A DNA stretch of 49,062 nucleotides, filler included, from Sphacelaria rigidula (Eukaryota), in NCBI GenBank assembly GCA_964200075.2. It is 3 parts of 3 records of this genome, joined end to end, with 100 filler letters (N's around TTAATTAATTAA, not from the genome) between each part and the next. Parts side by side here need not be neighbours in the genome. Positions count along the whole stretch, not along the records: positions 1 to 16,292 come from CAXNAA020001408.1; positions 16,393 to 32,679 come from CAXNAA020001409.1; 1 more part is not named here. One strand, given 5' to 3'. Made by a program: the position numbers and the translations under genes. Every line of letters begins with the position of its first letter. The stretch's first letter is position 1. Shown here one piece after another: positions 13,901-25,431 of the stretch. The notes under the pieces are model-generated. The model saw only the letters and a program-made list of their open reading frames with translations. It had not been told where the DNA came from and made no database searches.

Positions 13901-15960
13901 GAGCCGGCCATTCCCGTTGCGGTGCTCTCTTCTGCCGTACCCTCTACCTCCGATTTCTCTTCTGAAGAAGTATTCCGCCCGTCGGCGGCCCGTTCCGATG
14001 CCACGGCGGCTTCGGCCGCCTCCAACGCGGCCACATCCCCGCCTCCGACAGTGGCTGCGGCGGAGGCCGCTACAGCTTCCGCTGCCGCAGTCGCCGCTGC
14101 CACAGCGGCCGTCAGCGCGGCCGCGAGCCCCTCCCCGCCCCTCGGCGCCGCTGCAGCGTTGCTGCTGTCTTTCTTGTCCCCGCCTCCGCTCACGCCACCC
14201 TTCGCCGGCGGGCGGTACGTGATCGACCCGGGGCCTTCTTTAAGCCCGAGCAACACTGCTGCATCTCCACTTCCTCGCAGAGATATGCACGGATAGAGGC
14301 CTCCGCTCTCGACCAATTTCGACAGCTCCACAATTTTAAACTGTGCGCCCACGTACGAGTCGTTCTTTAGGAAGGCCACGGTTCCGGCATCCGCGTCGAG
14401 TTCAACCCCGATGACATCCTCGCTCTCGAAACCACCTGCCGGGCATACCCGCTCCGTCGACTCACCTCCATGGGACAGATGGCCATCGGACCGATACAGC
14501 CACAAGTCAGGCCGGCTGTTTCCGCTGTCAGAGCCGCCTTCGCTGCCGCCGCCACCCCCACCCCCGCTCCCACTTTGCAGGGGCACGCCGGCGGCGCTCA
14601 CGACAGCCACATCCTGCCCGCACACTCCCACACTGGTCCTGTTTCCGCACGAGACAATACGCCACTCCCACAACCATTTGCCGCTCCGATAACCCCCACT
14701 TACCTCCGGTGCTGATGTATTTGCAACATTCTCCTTGGTCTCAGCAGTTTTTGGACTATCGGAACCAGTGGTGGATTTGCGACCGCGATCGCCAATGTCG
14801 GATGCCGTTTGTCCGTCCTCCGCAGCTTCTTTTTCGTTAGGTGCCACGGTGCCCGTCTCTTTCCAGCTCAGGGGGTCCGGGAATGCATCATCAGCTGGTG
14901 GCTCCGAGTGTACCTCCACCGTGGCGATAAGAGGCCCTGATGGCGGTTGTAGACCCGTGTTGAGCGCCGAGAATCCACGACCGGCGCCCACCTGGCCGCT
15001 ATCATTCCCGCAGCCTGCGACGCAGACATATCTGCTCAAAACAAACGTGCGGCGGTGGAATCATCATCGAGGGAGGGGAATGAGGCGAGGAGGACGAAGG
15101 AGCAGAGAGCCAAGATTCGCTGATGGTACGATTATTTTGCCATGCATACGATGTATTCTAAACACTTTTTTCCCGCGTTCCTTCACCACTAAGTGACTCA
15201 ATCAGACAAAATGATGAAGCGCTCCCAAAAATGTTCATTACATAAACGATCCACGTATTGCCATACGAAAATCTACAAGCGATCACCCTGCTAGCGTTTG
15301 CAACGACGTGCACCTGCACGACGATCCCATGATGGGCTCCATCCCAGGTCCAGGCACGAGCCCCTCACTCGGCGCCGGAGATCTTCCTCCGCTTGGTCCC
15401 GCGCCGTTGGCAGCCACCAGACGATCCGGAAGCAAGCCTACATTGAGGCGCATGCCCCCAGGGCGGAGGGGTTCCAGGGACGTAGCCGGCGCCTTCGCCG
15501 ACCACGACCCCTTGAGAGTGCCGTTCGTTCCGTCCCTGCAGAACGTTCCGCGAATGGTTGCCCCAGCTACCCAGGCTACGCGCTCCGGAGCACCCTGCAA
15601 CACTTCCCCAACCGTACCTTCCAGAGTCAGCACCGTGTCAGCGGTGGCAGCCACGACCGGAGAGGTTTCGGACGATGACGCGGACAAGAGAACGCGACCG
15701 CGAAACTCAGCGGAGGCTTGCTCCTCAGGCCAGTCCAGAGTGCCTTCGACGGGGGTGCCCTCAGTAGCGCTGTCCGCGGGAGAAGCGGCAGCGGCGCCAA
15801 TTTTGGTCGCGGTCGTCGCCCGGCGGAAGCGTAACGTGACCACCTGCGTGCTGGATCGCATCCAGATCCCCTCCACGCCCGGAACAGCGTTTCTGGAGAA
15901 TGTTCCTGTCATCTCGATCACGCCATCACCTTCGGCACCCCAGCCGAACCCGTCGCCGGT
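1931..15960 (-). CDS. Giant HECT-domain E3 ubiquitin ligase (HERC/SPRY-type), 5'-partial; SPRY + MORN-like + 2 SH3-like + SPRY + HECT
   Basis: Eleven phase-consistent GT-AG exons in transcript order: 15960-15287 (alternative donor at 15314), 15031-13504, 13126-12839, 12263-11582, 11243-10928, 10377-10167, 8347-8027, 7666-7519, 5389-3990, 3758-3513, 3172-1931 (stop TGA); 7056 nt, 2352 codons. HECT motifs: FYVKFKGEGVDDHGGPYR, FWQAL..M..EDRAAFVNFCSGRSRLP, LPIAQTCFFSLALPKYSS (catalytic Cys codon 2069-2071). SPRY motifs: VHYWEVKVD..GDRVGVLLDMDRGTLSF and DVIGVELDADAGTVAFLKN..LYPCISL. The most 5' exon begins at an acceptor, so the start codon lies beyond the contig end. Confidence 0.9.
6782..7018. 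mobile_element. Palindromic MITE-like element, degenerate copy with internal duplication, in a HECT gene intron
   Basis: Central hairpin taggtctattgcaactattg-acgaccga-caatagttgcaatagaccta (~6914-6961); same family as 39465-39646. Confidence 0.7.
7229..7489. repeat. 35-bp direct repeat pair in a HECT gene intron
   Basis: tttttggcgacataccttcgtatccactcaataca at 7229-7263 and 7455-7489. Confidence 0.8.
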
Positions 15961-16185
15961 CTGTGACATCACGGGAGCGGGGGAGGGTTGGGGGGTACAA
16001 AATTCAAAATTCGACCTCGTGGCATACATCAGTCGTTAGTTAGTCGTAGCTAAGCGCACTTCTAGTAGTGAGGGCGTTCACATTTCCTCCCAGCTGTAAT
16101 AGCCTTCTGATGACGGGCACAACAGCAGCATGTCGCTTTCATTTTCACCGCAAGCGGATGCGATGTCTTTAATCGGAAATCCGTT

Positions 16186-16292
16186 CACGGTTAGGACAAA
16201 TCATCACGAATCAAAATCACCAAATTCACGATTTCTTCAGCCTGATTGACCAAAAGGGAGAAAAAAGTTGACCGCTGGTCCAAGGGGTATCC
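16186..16292. mobile_element. Truncated terminal arm of the long-TIR element family seen at 39655-40494
   Basis: cacggttaggacaaatcatc...aaatcaccaaattcacgatttcttcagcctgattg...ttgaccgctggtc matches the arm at 39655-39760 and the reverse complement of 40388-40494. The contig ends inside it. Confidence 0.7.
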
Positions 16293-16392
16293 NNNNNNNN
16301 NNNNNNNNNNNNNNNNNNNNNNNNNNNNNNNNNNNNTTAATTAATTAANNNNNNNNNNNNNNNNNNNNNNNNNNNNNNNNNNNNNNNNNNNN
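16293..16392. other. Artificial contig-joining linker (N44-TTAATTAATTAA-N44)
   Basis: Exactly 100 bp; TTAATTAATTAA at 16337-16348 gives stops in all six frames; identical to the linker at 32680-32779. Confidence 0.97.
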
Positions 16393-18988
16393 CTCGGAGT
16401 TCCTTCGGCATCAGGACGGCAGTCTCCCCTCTAGGTCTCTGTCTACTCTAGCGATACGCCTTCCCCACGTACAATTAAGGAACTGCTTATAGGATGAGAA
16501 GACCCATCTTCGGAGTTCGGGAATGCATACCCTGGTGAGTAAAACCCATCTTTTATATTTGTATGTTTCATATTCATGACAAGTGAACCTTTGTCAATAC
16601 TGGTCCAGGAGCTGAATCTCACGAGACTTTCTCAGACATATCCATAGGTGGAGTAAATCATATGAGGGGTACAATAAAGAAATGTCCTGAGGTGAACGGT
16701 TCACGACACTGTGAGGTGTGTTCGCAGCAGAGATGATGGACTCTTTGACCGCCAAGGTGGGGTCATCTGAGTCATAGCCAACTGTCAGATTAAAATAACG
16801 CCGATTCAAGACATAATCGACCTCGATGGTCAAAGGGTTACACCCTTTACCATCAGTATCATTTCGGAACAGTTTCGCCGGCCGATAGTTCAGGGGATCT
16901 AACCTCTTTGCCGCAGGGGAAGGGGAGGGGAGGGGGGTGCAAGTTTCCCGATCGTCAGTGAATACTTCTTGGATCGATCATACGTTTCTGCACATGTCTA
17001 GGACGGGCAACAAAACTCAACACGGGTAAGTATCACATTGATAGTCCAGATTGGTTCAATTATCGATCAAGTTCCTCTACCAATCGCTCAATGTTGCCCA
17101 CCTGGACATGAGGTCGTATCTTAATATGTGGCCATCAACCGTACACAAACAAAATATGCGGTGCTTTTTGCTCTCTGCATAACATTGGCCACCTACCAAC
17201 CCCCTCCTGCGCTGTCAAGGGCTGCGCACTGTAGCATAAAACTGAGGAGATATGAACCGGTATATACTGCATGCAGTGGAGGGCAAGGGCGCTGTACTGC
17301 TGGACCGCTTGTACTATCCAATGGCTGATGCAACGAGTTCGTCTGTACGGTGTAGCAACGGCGCGGTATCATAGAGTGAAGTTGAAATGATCTGACATGC
17401 AGTGTAACATCGAAACATTAAAAAGGTCCGCCGCCAACGCATTTAGAGTAAACGGACTGCTAACCTAAGGGGGGGAAGTACCTTTTCCGGGTACATCGCA
17501 ACAGCAGTATTCACCAGCGTGCACCACTAGATTGCGCATGACAGCATGTACCGCTGACTCGGCACAAAGACGTGTACACTTGTGGCTTTCAAAACGAAAT
17601 GGTTTAGGATCATCATGCACTAAGTTCCAAACAAGCTTACGACATCCGACTTTCCAACTGAAGACTGTTGTGCCTCTTGGAAACCAAAATGTCCGAAACC
17701 GCATTGACCAGCGGTGGACATCATAGGATTGGCAGACAGACAAGGCAGTCGGAGAGATGAAGCGCGGGAAAGAGCGAGTGAACATGTGGGCACCTGCGTT
17801 TGAACGCCATAGTAGTGTCTGTGCGCGGGTCTGGGCGAGAGCGGAGGGGTGGAACACTAGCACTGCCTGTACTCAATGATGCCACAAAGGAGCTGGGTCA
17901 CCCTCTTGTCCACACATCTGCCTCTTGGTAGTGAAGGCGTATGAGATACGCCAAACACTGCGGACGGTAAGGGTGAATCTTGCGTTCGTGTAGTAGTGGC
18001 ATGTGACACAGCCTGTTCGTGTTAAGGGGCTAAGTCGCAGAACCTTTGAGGAAACTCTTTAGAACCCCTTGAGTATGCAAAACACGAGGAACACGCAAAC
18101 GAATGACCCCGGATCAGATTGAACGCCATATTTTACCGTTTTTGAAAGCCTCCGCTCCCGTCCCCGGGCCAGACGCCTCACTATTTTGAGCCCTGACAGA
18201 GGAGAAAAGGTTAGAATAAAAATAGACCAATGGGGACCATTTTCACGGCGGGAGGCGACGGAACACATGCGCGCGTCAAAAATGTCACCCCGGTGCAATC
18301 AGATTAGTTTTGTCCAGTGAGGAACGTAACGGGTCAATTTTGTTCAACTTTTGGTGCACACGGCCAAAATCGGCACTTTCGTGCCTGAAGTCTATACAAA
18401 CAGAAATTGGCACCACCTGTGTATTTTTTAGGAATGGAGTCCCGCGCGCACCGGTCTGAAGAACACGACTCGGGCTTTTAGTTTTGCGTGAAAGCTGTGA
18501 ATACTCAACCACATGTCGTTCAAACACACCACCTTGACATTCACACCTTTCTATTGTACATACTACTACAAGAATAGTTCATGTTTATTGATTCCCGCAG
18601 GTCCCACCCGTAACAAAGAAAATAGACGTGCCCAACATGAACAAATCGGGGAACTAGGATCAGAGCCGGAAGAAAAAAGATCAAGATGCAAAAGTCAGAC
18701 TGAACGAGGAAAAGTTGAATATCAGAACGATATGAATGAGGACAAGGAGAAACCATCAAGCAGAACAAGGATCGAGATAACCAAAAAGGATACAAACTTG
18801 AACAGACATATATACCGCCTGATCAGCTACATACAAGCATAACGACATGACATTGGACACCCGAGAAGATTGCCCACGAAATGAAACGTTCGAGTAAACG
18901 CAACAAACGCAGCTACTACGCTACCCATGAGATCCACCGAGTGGTCTATTGGATTGCAGCAACGACGCATGACACTGAACCCTGTAAC

Positions 18989-19009
18989 CTAAACGGTAAG
19001 CGGGTCTCC
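18989..19009 (-). CDS. Putative terminal exon of the TPR-array gene (GDPLTV-stop)
   Basis: Degenerate copy of the array acceptor (ctacatgtcag|GGA GAC CCG CTT ACC GTT TAG), 286 nt downstream of the last TPR exon donor, close to the normal intron length; phase 0. Confidence 0.45.
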   Translation of the reverse strand, partial: GDPLTV

Positions 19010-19295
19010 CTGACATGTAGTTGACCACCCAGGAGACCCGGGTAATGGTGAAACCTACAACGCCGGCCAGATGCTCAAGCCACCACCCCGCACAGGTGTG
19101 CAGCCGTCTGCGCTGTGTGTATAGGGCCGAGGGTATTATGGCCGATCTCGACGGCCCAGAGCTACAACGGGTTGGCCTCGCCGCACACACCCCGCCAGTT
19201 AACCTTAGCCCACAGGATCAGCGAACAACATCAACACCACACAAGCCATGGCGCACGTGGACATACGACAACTAAAATGCTCCACCGCCTCTTAC

Positions 19296-19421
19296 CTGGG
19301 CTTCCAACAAATCAGCACGACCGTGGAGCGTGGTGACCGAGCTAGGGTGTTCCGAGCCGAGGATCTTCTCATGGATCCTCTGGCAGCGGGCGTATAGTGA
19401 CTCGGCCTCCGCATGCTTGCC
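19296..19421 (-). CDS. TPR exon cassette A (last in transcript order)
   Basis: 126 nt, AG/GT flanked, open: GKHAEAESLYARCQRIHEKILGSEHPSSVTTLHGRADLLEAQ. Confidence 0.85.
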
Positions 19422-19714
19422 CTGAAACATAGCACACGACGCAGAATCATCCTACAATTGTCAACGTCGGACCTACAACGCCACCAGACGCTCAAGCCAC
19501 CGCCCCGCACAGGTGTGCAGCCCGTCTACGCTGTGTGTACAGAGCCGAGGGTACTATGCCCGATCTCGACGGCTCAGAGCTATAACCGGTTAGCCTCGCC
19601 GCACACACCCTGTCAAGTCAACCCTGGCCCGCAGGACTAGCGAACAACATCAACACCACACGAGCTCCTTCGCACGTGAACATACGACTTCAACAAAGCT
19701 CCACCGCCCCTCAC

Positions 19715-19840
19715 CTGAGCTTCGACCAAACCAGCACGACCGTGAAGCGTGCCTGCCAGGTCCGGATGCTCCGGGCCGAGAACCTTCTCCCGGATCGCCT
19801 GGCACCGGTCGTACAGTGACTCGGCCTCTGCGTACTTGCC
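19715..19840 (-). CDS. TPR exon cassette B
   Basis: 126 nt, AG/GT flanked: GKYAEAESLYDRCQAIREKVLGPEHPDLAGTLHGRAGLVEAQ. Confidence 0.85.
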
Positions 19841-20134
19841 CTGGAACAGAGTACACGACGCACAAGCATCCCGCAACTATCAACGTCGGGCCTACAACGC
19901 CGGCCAGACGCGCAAGCCACCGCCCCGCACAGGTTTGCAGCCCGTCCACCCTGTGTGTGTAGAGCCGAGGGTACCATGACCGATCTCTACGGCTCAGAGC
20001 TATAGCGGGTTGACCTCGCCGCACGCACCCTATCAAGTCAACCTTGGCCCACAGGACCAGCGAACAATACCAACACCACACAAGCCATGGCGCACGTGGA
20101 CACACGACCACGAAAAAGCTCCATCGCCTCTTAC

Positions 20135-20260
20135 CTGAGCTTTCAACAAACCAGCACGACCGTGGAGGGTCGCGGCCAAGTCCGGGTGCTCCGGGCCAAG
20201 AACCTTCTCCCGGATCGCCTGGCACCGATCGTACAGTGACTCGGCCTCCGCATACTTGCC
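20135..20260 (-). CDS. TPR exon cassette C
   Basis: 126 nt, AG/GT flanked: GKYAEAESLYDRCQAIREKVLGPEHPDLAATLHGRAGLLKAQ. Confidence 0.85.
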
Positions 20261-20554
20261 CTGAAACGTAGTACACAACGCAGAGCCATCCTACAACTGT
20301 CAACGTCGGGTCTACAACGCCGGCCAGACGCGCAAGCCACCGCCCCGCACAGGTGTGCAGCCCGTCCACGCTGTGTGTACAGAGCCGACGGTACTATGCC
20401 CGATCTCGACGGCTCAGAGCTAAAACGGGTTGGCCTCGCTGAACGCACCCTGTCAAGTCAACCTTGGCCCACGGGACCAGCGAACAACATCAACACCACA
20501 CAAGCCATGCCGCACGTGAACACACGACTACAATGAGGGTCCACCGCCTCTTAC

Positions 20555-20680
20555 CTGAGTTTCCAACAAACCATCACGACCGTGGAGGGTCGCGGCCGAG
20601 TCCGGGTGTTCCAGGCCGAGGACCTTCTCCCGGATCGCCTGGCACCGATCGTGCAGTGACTCGGCCTCCGCATACTTGCC
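20555..20680 (-). CDS. TPR exon cassette D
   Basis: 126 nt, AG/GT flanked: GKYAEAESLHDRCQAIREKVLGLEHPDSAATLHGRDGLLETQ. Confidence 0.85.
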
Positions 20681-20973
20681 CTGAAACGTAGTACACGACG
20701 CATAACCATCCTACAACTGTCAACGTCGAACCTACAATCCTCACCAGACGCCCAAGCCACCGCCCCACACAGGTGCACACCTCGTTTATGCTTTGTGTAC
20801 AAAGCCGAGGGTACTATGGCCGATCTCGACGGCTCAGAGCTATAACGGGTTGGCCTCACCGCACACACCCTGCGGATCAACCCTGGCCCACGCGACCAAC
20901 GAACAACATTAACACCACACAAGCTCCTTCGCACGTGAACACACGACAACAATGAGGTTCCATCGCCTCTTAC

Positions 20974-21099
20974 CTGAGCTTCCAACAGACCAGCACGACC
21001 GTGGAGCGTGGTGGCCAAGCTAGGGTGCTCCGTGCCGAGGACCTTCTCACGGATCACCTGGCACCGGTCGTACAGTGACTCGGCCTCCGCATACTCGCC
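20974..21099 (-). CDS. TPR exon cassette E
   Basis: 126 nt, AG/GT flanked: GEYAEAESLYDRCQVIREKVLGTEHPSLATTLHGRAGLLEAQ. Confidence 0.85.
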
Positions 21100-21360
21100 C
21101 TGAAACGTAGTACATAACGCAGAAGCATCCTACAACTGTCGACGTCGAATCTACAACGTCGGCCAGACGTTCAAGCCAACGCCGCGGACAGGTGTGCATA
21201 CTTGGCCCGATCTCGACGGCTCAGAGCGACAACGTGGTGGCCTCGCCGCACGCACCCTGTCAGTCAACCTTGGCCCACGGGACCAGCGAACAACATCAAC
21301 ACCACACAAGCCATGGCGCAAGTGGACATACGACAACGAGAAAGCTCCATCGCCTCTTAC

Positions 21361-21486
21361 CTGAGCTTTCAACAGACCAGCACGACCGTGGAGCGTGGCG
21401 GCCAAGCTAGGGTGCTTCGGGCCGAGGACCGTTTCCCGTATCGCCTGGCACCGGTCGTGCAGTGACTCGGCCTCCGCATACTTGCC
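21361..21486 (-). CDS. TPR exon cassette F
   Basis: 126 nt, AG/GT flanked: GKYAEAESLHDRCQAIRETVLGPKHPSLAATLHGRAGLLKAQ. Confidence 0.85.
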
Positions 21487-21779
21487 CTGAAACGTAGTAC
21501 ACGACGCAGAATCATCCCGCAACTGCCAACGTCGGACCAGCAACGCCGGCCAGACGCTCTACCCACCGCCCCGCACAGGTGTGCAGCCCATCTGTGCTGT
21601 GTGTACAGGGCCAACGGTACCGTGCCCGATCTCGACGGCTCAGAGCGACAACGTGGTGGCCTCGCCGCACGCACCCTGTCAGTCAACCTTGGCCTACGGG
21701 ACCAGCGAACAACATCAACACCACACAAGCTCCATCGCAAGTGGACATACGACAACGAGAAAGCTCCACCGCCTCTTAC

Positions 21780-21830
21780 CTGAGCTTTCAACAAATCAGC
21801 ATGACCGTGGAGCGCGGCAGCATACTTGCC
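21780..21830 (-). CDS. TPR cassette G, internally deleted in frame (51 nt)
   Basis: tttTAG|GGC...CAG|gtaag; GKYAAALHGHADLLKAQ; 75 nt shorter than the other cassettes, frame preserved. Confidence 0.6.
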
Positions 21831-22123
21831 CTAAAACGTAGTACACCACGCATAACCACCCTACAGCTATCAACGTTGGACCTACAACGCCCGTAAGATG
21901 CTCAAGCCACCGCCCCGCACAGGTGTGCGACCCGCCCACGCCGTGTGTACAAAGCCGAGGGTACTATACCCGATCTCGACGGCTCAGAGCTATAACCGGT
22001 TGGCCTCGCCGCATGCACCCTGTCAGCCAACCCTGGCCCACAGGATCAGCGAACAATATCAATGCTATACAAGCTCCTCCGCAAGTGGACATACGACTAC
22101 GGAAAAGCTCTCCCGCTTCTCAC

Positions 22124-22249
22124 CTGAGCTTCCAACAAATCAGCACGCCCGTGGAGCGTGGCGGCCAAGCTAGGGTGCTCCGGGCCGAGGACCTTCTCAT
22201 GGATCGTCTGGCAGCGGTCGTACAGTGACTCGGCCTCCGCATACTTGCC
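22124..22249 (-). CDS. TPR exon cassette H
   Basis: 126 nt, AG/GT flanked: GKYAEAESLYDRCQTIHEKVLGPEHPSLAATLHGRADLLEAQ. Confidence 0.85.
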
Positions 22250-22540
22250 CTGAAACGTAGTACACGACGCAGAACCATCCTACGGCTGTCAACGTCGGAC
22301 CGACAACGCCGGCCAGACGCTCAAGCCACCGTCCCGCACAGGTGTGCAGCCCGTCTATGCTGTGTACAGAGCCGAGGGTACTATGCCCGATCTCGACGGC
22401 TCAGAGCTATAACGGGTCGGCCTCGCCGCACGCACCCTGTCAAGTCAATCCTGGCCTGCAGGACCAGCGAACAACATCAACACCACACAAGCTCCTTCGC
22501 ACGTGAAAATACAACAACGAGAAGCTCCACCGCCTCTCAC

Positions 22541-22666
22541 CTGAACTTTCAGTAAACCGGCACGACTAAGAAGTGCGGTGGTGACGCTAGGGTGCTCCGG
22601 GCCGAGGACCTTCTCCCGGATCGCCAGGCACCGGTCGTACAGTGACTCGGCCTCCGCATACTTGCC
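22541..22666 (-). CDS. TPR exon cassette I
   Basis: 126 nt, AG/GT flanked: GKYAEAESLYDRCLAIREKVLGPEHPSVTTALLSRAGLLKVQ. Confidence 0.85.
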
Positions 22667-22958
22667 CTGAAACGTAGTACACGACGCAAAACCGTCCCAC
22701 ACCTGTCAACGTCGGACCTAAAACGCCCGCCAGACGCTCGAGCCAGCGACGCACAGGTGTGCTGCCCGTTTATGCTTTGTGTACAGGGCCGAGGGTACTA
22801 TGGCCGATCTCGACGGCTCAGAGCTATAACGGGTTGGCCTCACCGCACACACCCTGTCAAGTCAACCCTGGCCCACAGGACCAGCGAGCATCATTAACAC
22901 CATACAAACTTCTTCGCACGTGGACATACGACTACAAGAAGGTTCCACCGCCTCTCAC

Positions 22959-23084
22959 CTGAGCTTTCAACAAACCAGCACGGTTGTGGAGCGTGGTGGC
23001 CAAGCTAGGGTGCTCCGAGCCGAGGATCTTCTCATGGATCCTCTGACAGCGGACGTATAGTGACTCCGCCTCCGCATACTTGCC
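22959..23084 (-). CDS. TPR exon cassette J
   Basis: 126 nt, AG/GT flanked: GKYAEAESLYVRCQRIHEKILGSEHPSLATTLHNRAGLLKAQ. Confidence 0.85.
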
Positions 23085-23397
23085 CTGAAACGTAGTATAC
23101 GACGCAGAAGCATCCTACAATTGTCAACGTCGAACTTACAACTGTCAACATCGCACCTCGATGCCTGCTAAACGCTCAAGCCACCGTCCCGCACAGGTGT
23201 GCAGCCCGTCCAGGCTGTGTGTACAGAGCCGAGGGTATTATGGCCGACCTCGACGGCCCAGAGCTACAACGGGTTGGCCTCGCCGCACCCACCCTGTCAG
23301 CCAACCTTGGCCCACAGGATCAGCGAACAACATCGACACCGCACAAGTCATGGCGCACGTGGACACACGACAACGAGACGGCCCCCCCGCCTCTCAC

Positions 23398-23523
23398 CTG
23401 AGCTTCCAACAGACCAGCACGACCGTGGAGCGTGGCGGCCAAGCTAGGGTGCTCCGGGCCGAGGACCTTCTCCTTGATCGCCTGGCACCGGTCGTACAGT
23501 GACTCGGCCTCTGCATACTTGCC
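23398..23523 (-). CDS. TPR exon cassette K
   Basis: 126 nt, AG/GT flanked: GKYAEAESLYDRCQAIKEKVLGPEHPSLAATLHGRAGLLEAQ. Confidence 0.85.
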
Positions 23524-23832
23524 CTGAAACGTAGTATACGATGCATAACCACCCTACAACTGTCAACGTCGGACCGACAACGCCCGCAAGACGCTCAAGC
23601 CACTGCCCCGCTCAAGTGTGCGGTCTGTCTACGCCGTGTGTACAAAGCCGAGGGTACTTCACACGAGGGTACTATGCCCGATCTCGACGGCTGTGAGCGA
23701 CAACGGGTTGGCCTCGCCGCACGCACCCTGTCAAATCAACCCTGGCCCACGGGTCCAGCCAACAACATCAGCACCACACAAGCTCCATCGCACGTGTACA
23801 CACGACTACGAGAAAACTCCACTGCTTTTTAC

Positions 23833-23958
23833 CTGAGCTTTCAACAGACCAGCACGGTTGTGAAGCGTGACGGCAAAGCTCGGGTGCTCCGGGCCGAGAA
23901 CCTTCTCTTTGATCGCTTGACACCGGTCGTACAGTGACTTGGCCTCCGTATACTTGCC
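23833..23958 (-). CDS. TPR exon cassette L
   Basis: 126 nt, AG/GT flanked: GKYTEAKSLYDRCQAIKEKVLGPEHPSFAVTLHNRAGLLKAQ. Confidence 0.85.
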
Positions 23959-24249
23959 CTGAAACGTAGTACACGACGCGAAAGCATCCTACAACTGTCA
24001 ATGTCAGGCCTACAACGTCGGTCAGACGCTCAAGCCAGCGCCGCAAAGGTGTGCGGCCCGTCTACGATGTGTATACAGGGTCAAGGGTACCATGCCCGAT
24101 CTCGACGGTTCAGAGCTATAAACGGTTGGCCCAGCCGCACACACCCTGTCAGTCAATCTTGGCCCACAGGACCAGCGAACAACATCAACGCCACACAAGC
24201 TCCTTCGCAGGTGAAAATACGACTACGAAAAAGTTTCAATGCCTCTCAC

Positions 24250-24375
24250 CTGAGCTTTCAACAGACCAGCATGGTTGTGGAGCGTGGCGGCCAAGCTAGG
24301 GTGCGCTGAGCCGAGGGCCTTCTCCTTGATCGCCCGACAGCGGTCGTACAGTGACTCGGCCTCCGCATACTTGCC
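24250..24375 (-). CDS. TPR exon cassette M
   Basis: 126 nt, AG/GT flanked: GKYAEAESLYDRCRAIKEKALGSAHPSLAATLHNHAGLLKAQ. Confidence 0.8.
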
Positions 24376-24406
24376 CTGAAACGTAGTACACGACGCAAAA
24401 CCATCC

Positions 24407-25431
24407 TTGTCGTTGTTGTTGTCTTCACATGAAAAACCGTTCCGATATCTGCGCGGTACATTCGTACTGGGCATCTGATGCGGACACCTTCCGTGGTCAC
24501 AGGCTAGCAAAAAACCAAAAACTAAAATAGACCTAGATTAAAACTCACAAAACGCGATACAAGCAAAACAGGGATAAAAAATAAAGAAGAAAGAAAGTAC
24601 ATATGGCCAACCTCAGGAGATCCGGTGCCGCAGGTGGCCATTCGGACTTCAGGGGGTGGTACCCGGCTTTCCAACTCGACGCGCGACGCCAAGTAAAAGA
24701 TAAACACAGGGTCCGACTACGGGCGAGACTCAAGGCCCCAAATACCGCCAATAAAAAAACTAAGAATCGCAAGGTTTCATCTTTCGGCCTCTCGAGGGAC
24801 AGCCGTACGTACAAGCATACCAGGTGTATCAAGACAAGCCCTGCATGACATAACGACACCCTTCATCGGGGGGGTTCACCCCATCCCCCCCTTCTCTGGA
24901 CCGTCGTCATTGTTGTGTTATGCGGGCTTCGTTGGTCTCCCGTCTAATCGCACGCAGTCGGCTGCCCTCTTTTTTATTTCTGTGCCATGAGATCATGAAC
25001 CTCTCCGCTCCCTGCAGCACTCCCGCGTGCCACGGCAAGCCCCCATTCTTATTTGCTACTGAGGTCCATAGGTCTCGGTCAATTCCGAATGTCTGGGGGT
25101 TGTCGTCCGTAGATCCGTCTGTGGCTCCGAAAGCGTGGAGATCGTCTCTCAGGCACTTTTGCCAGTTTTGTTCCGGGCACCCTGGTCCTGGATCTTCCCC
25201 CGCGACTAGTGTTCCGGATGCTATTCGCTTGGGTAATCGTCCGTCCGGTTGTCTAGCCAGGGCTCCCGCGAACAGCAGTCGTCGTTGCCGGACGACGGCT
25301 TCGGCACTTCGGCATCCGGTCTTCTTGAGGGCCTGTGGATACGACAGCTGTCGGTACGTGCCGCGCACTCGGCGGTACCCGATGGCTCGCAGGAGGAGCC
25401 GGTAGTGCACCTTTCTGAGAAAGTCGTAGTG
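24407..25431 (-). mobile_element. 5'-truncated non-LTR retrotransposon (LINE, RTE-like) inserted in a TPR-array intron
   Basis: ORF remnant 25431-24907 (..HYRLLLRAIGY..LSYPQALKKTGCRSAEAVVRQRRLLFAGALARQPDGRLPKRIASG..PGCPEQNWQKCLRDDL..) resembles the C-terminal region that follows RT in RTE-type LINEs. It has a ~500-nt 3' UTR and a (CAA)n-like tail (gacaacaacaacgacaa) at 24423-24407. Removing 1025 nt restores a 293-nt intron; no clear TSD. Confidence 0.8.

Noticed and set aside
2117-16039. Long plus-strand ORFs (e.g. 2265-3149, 3895-4641, 11683-12399, 15308-16039)
   Set aside because: Antisense shadows of GC-rich HECT gene exons; low-complexity Ser/Pro/Ala translations with no recognisable motifs.
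16337-16348. TTAATTAATTAA as a biological motif (piggyBac TSD or PacI site)
   Set aside because: Centred in exactly 44+44 Ns and repeated identically at 32724; an assembly spacer.
16393-18500. Coding-like fragments (e.g. ORF 17465-17863) and a possible element end near 18021-18070
   Set aside because: Interrupted by stops, with no recognisable domain and no matching pair of termini; probably TE debris but not supportable.
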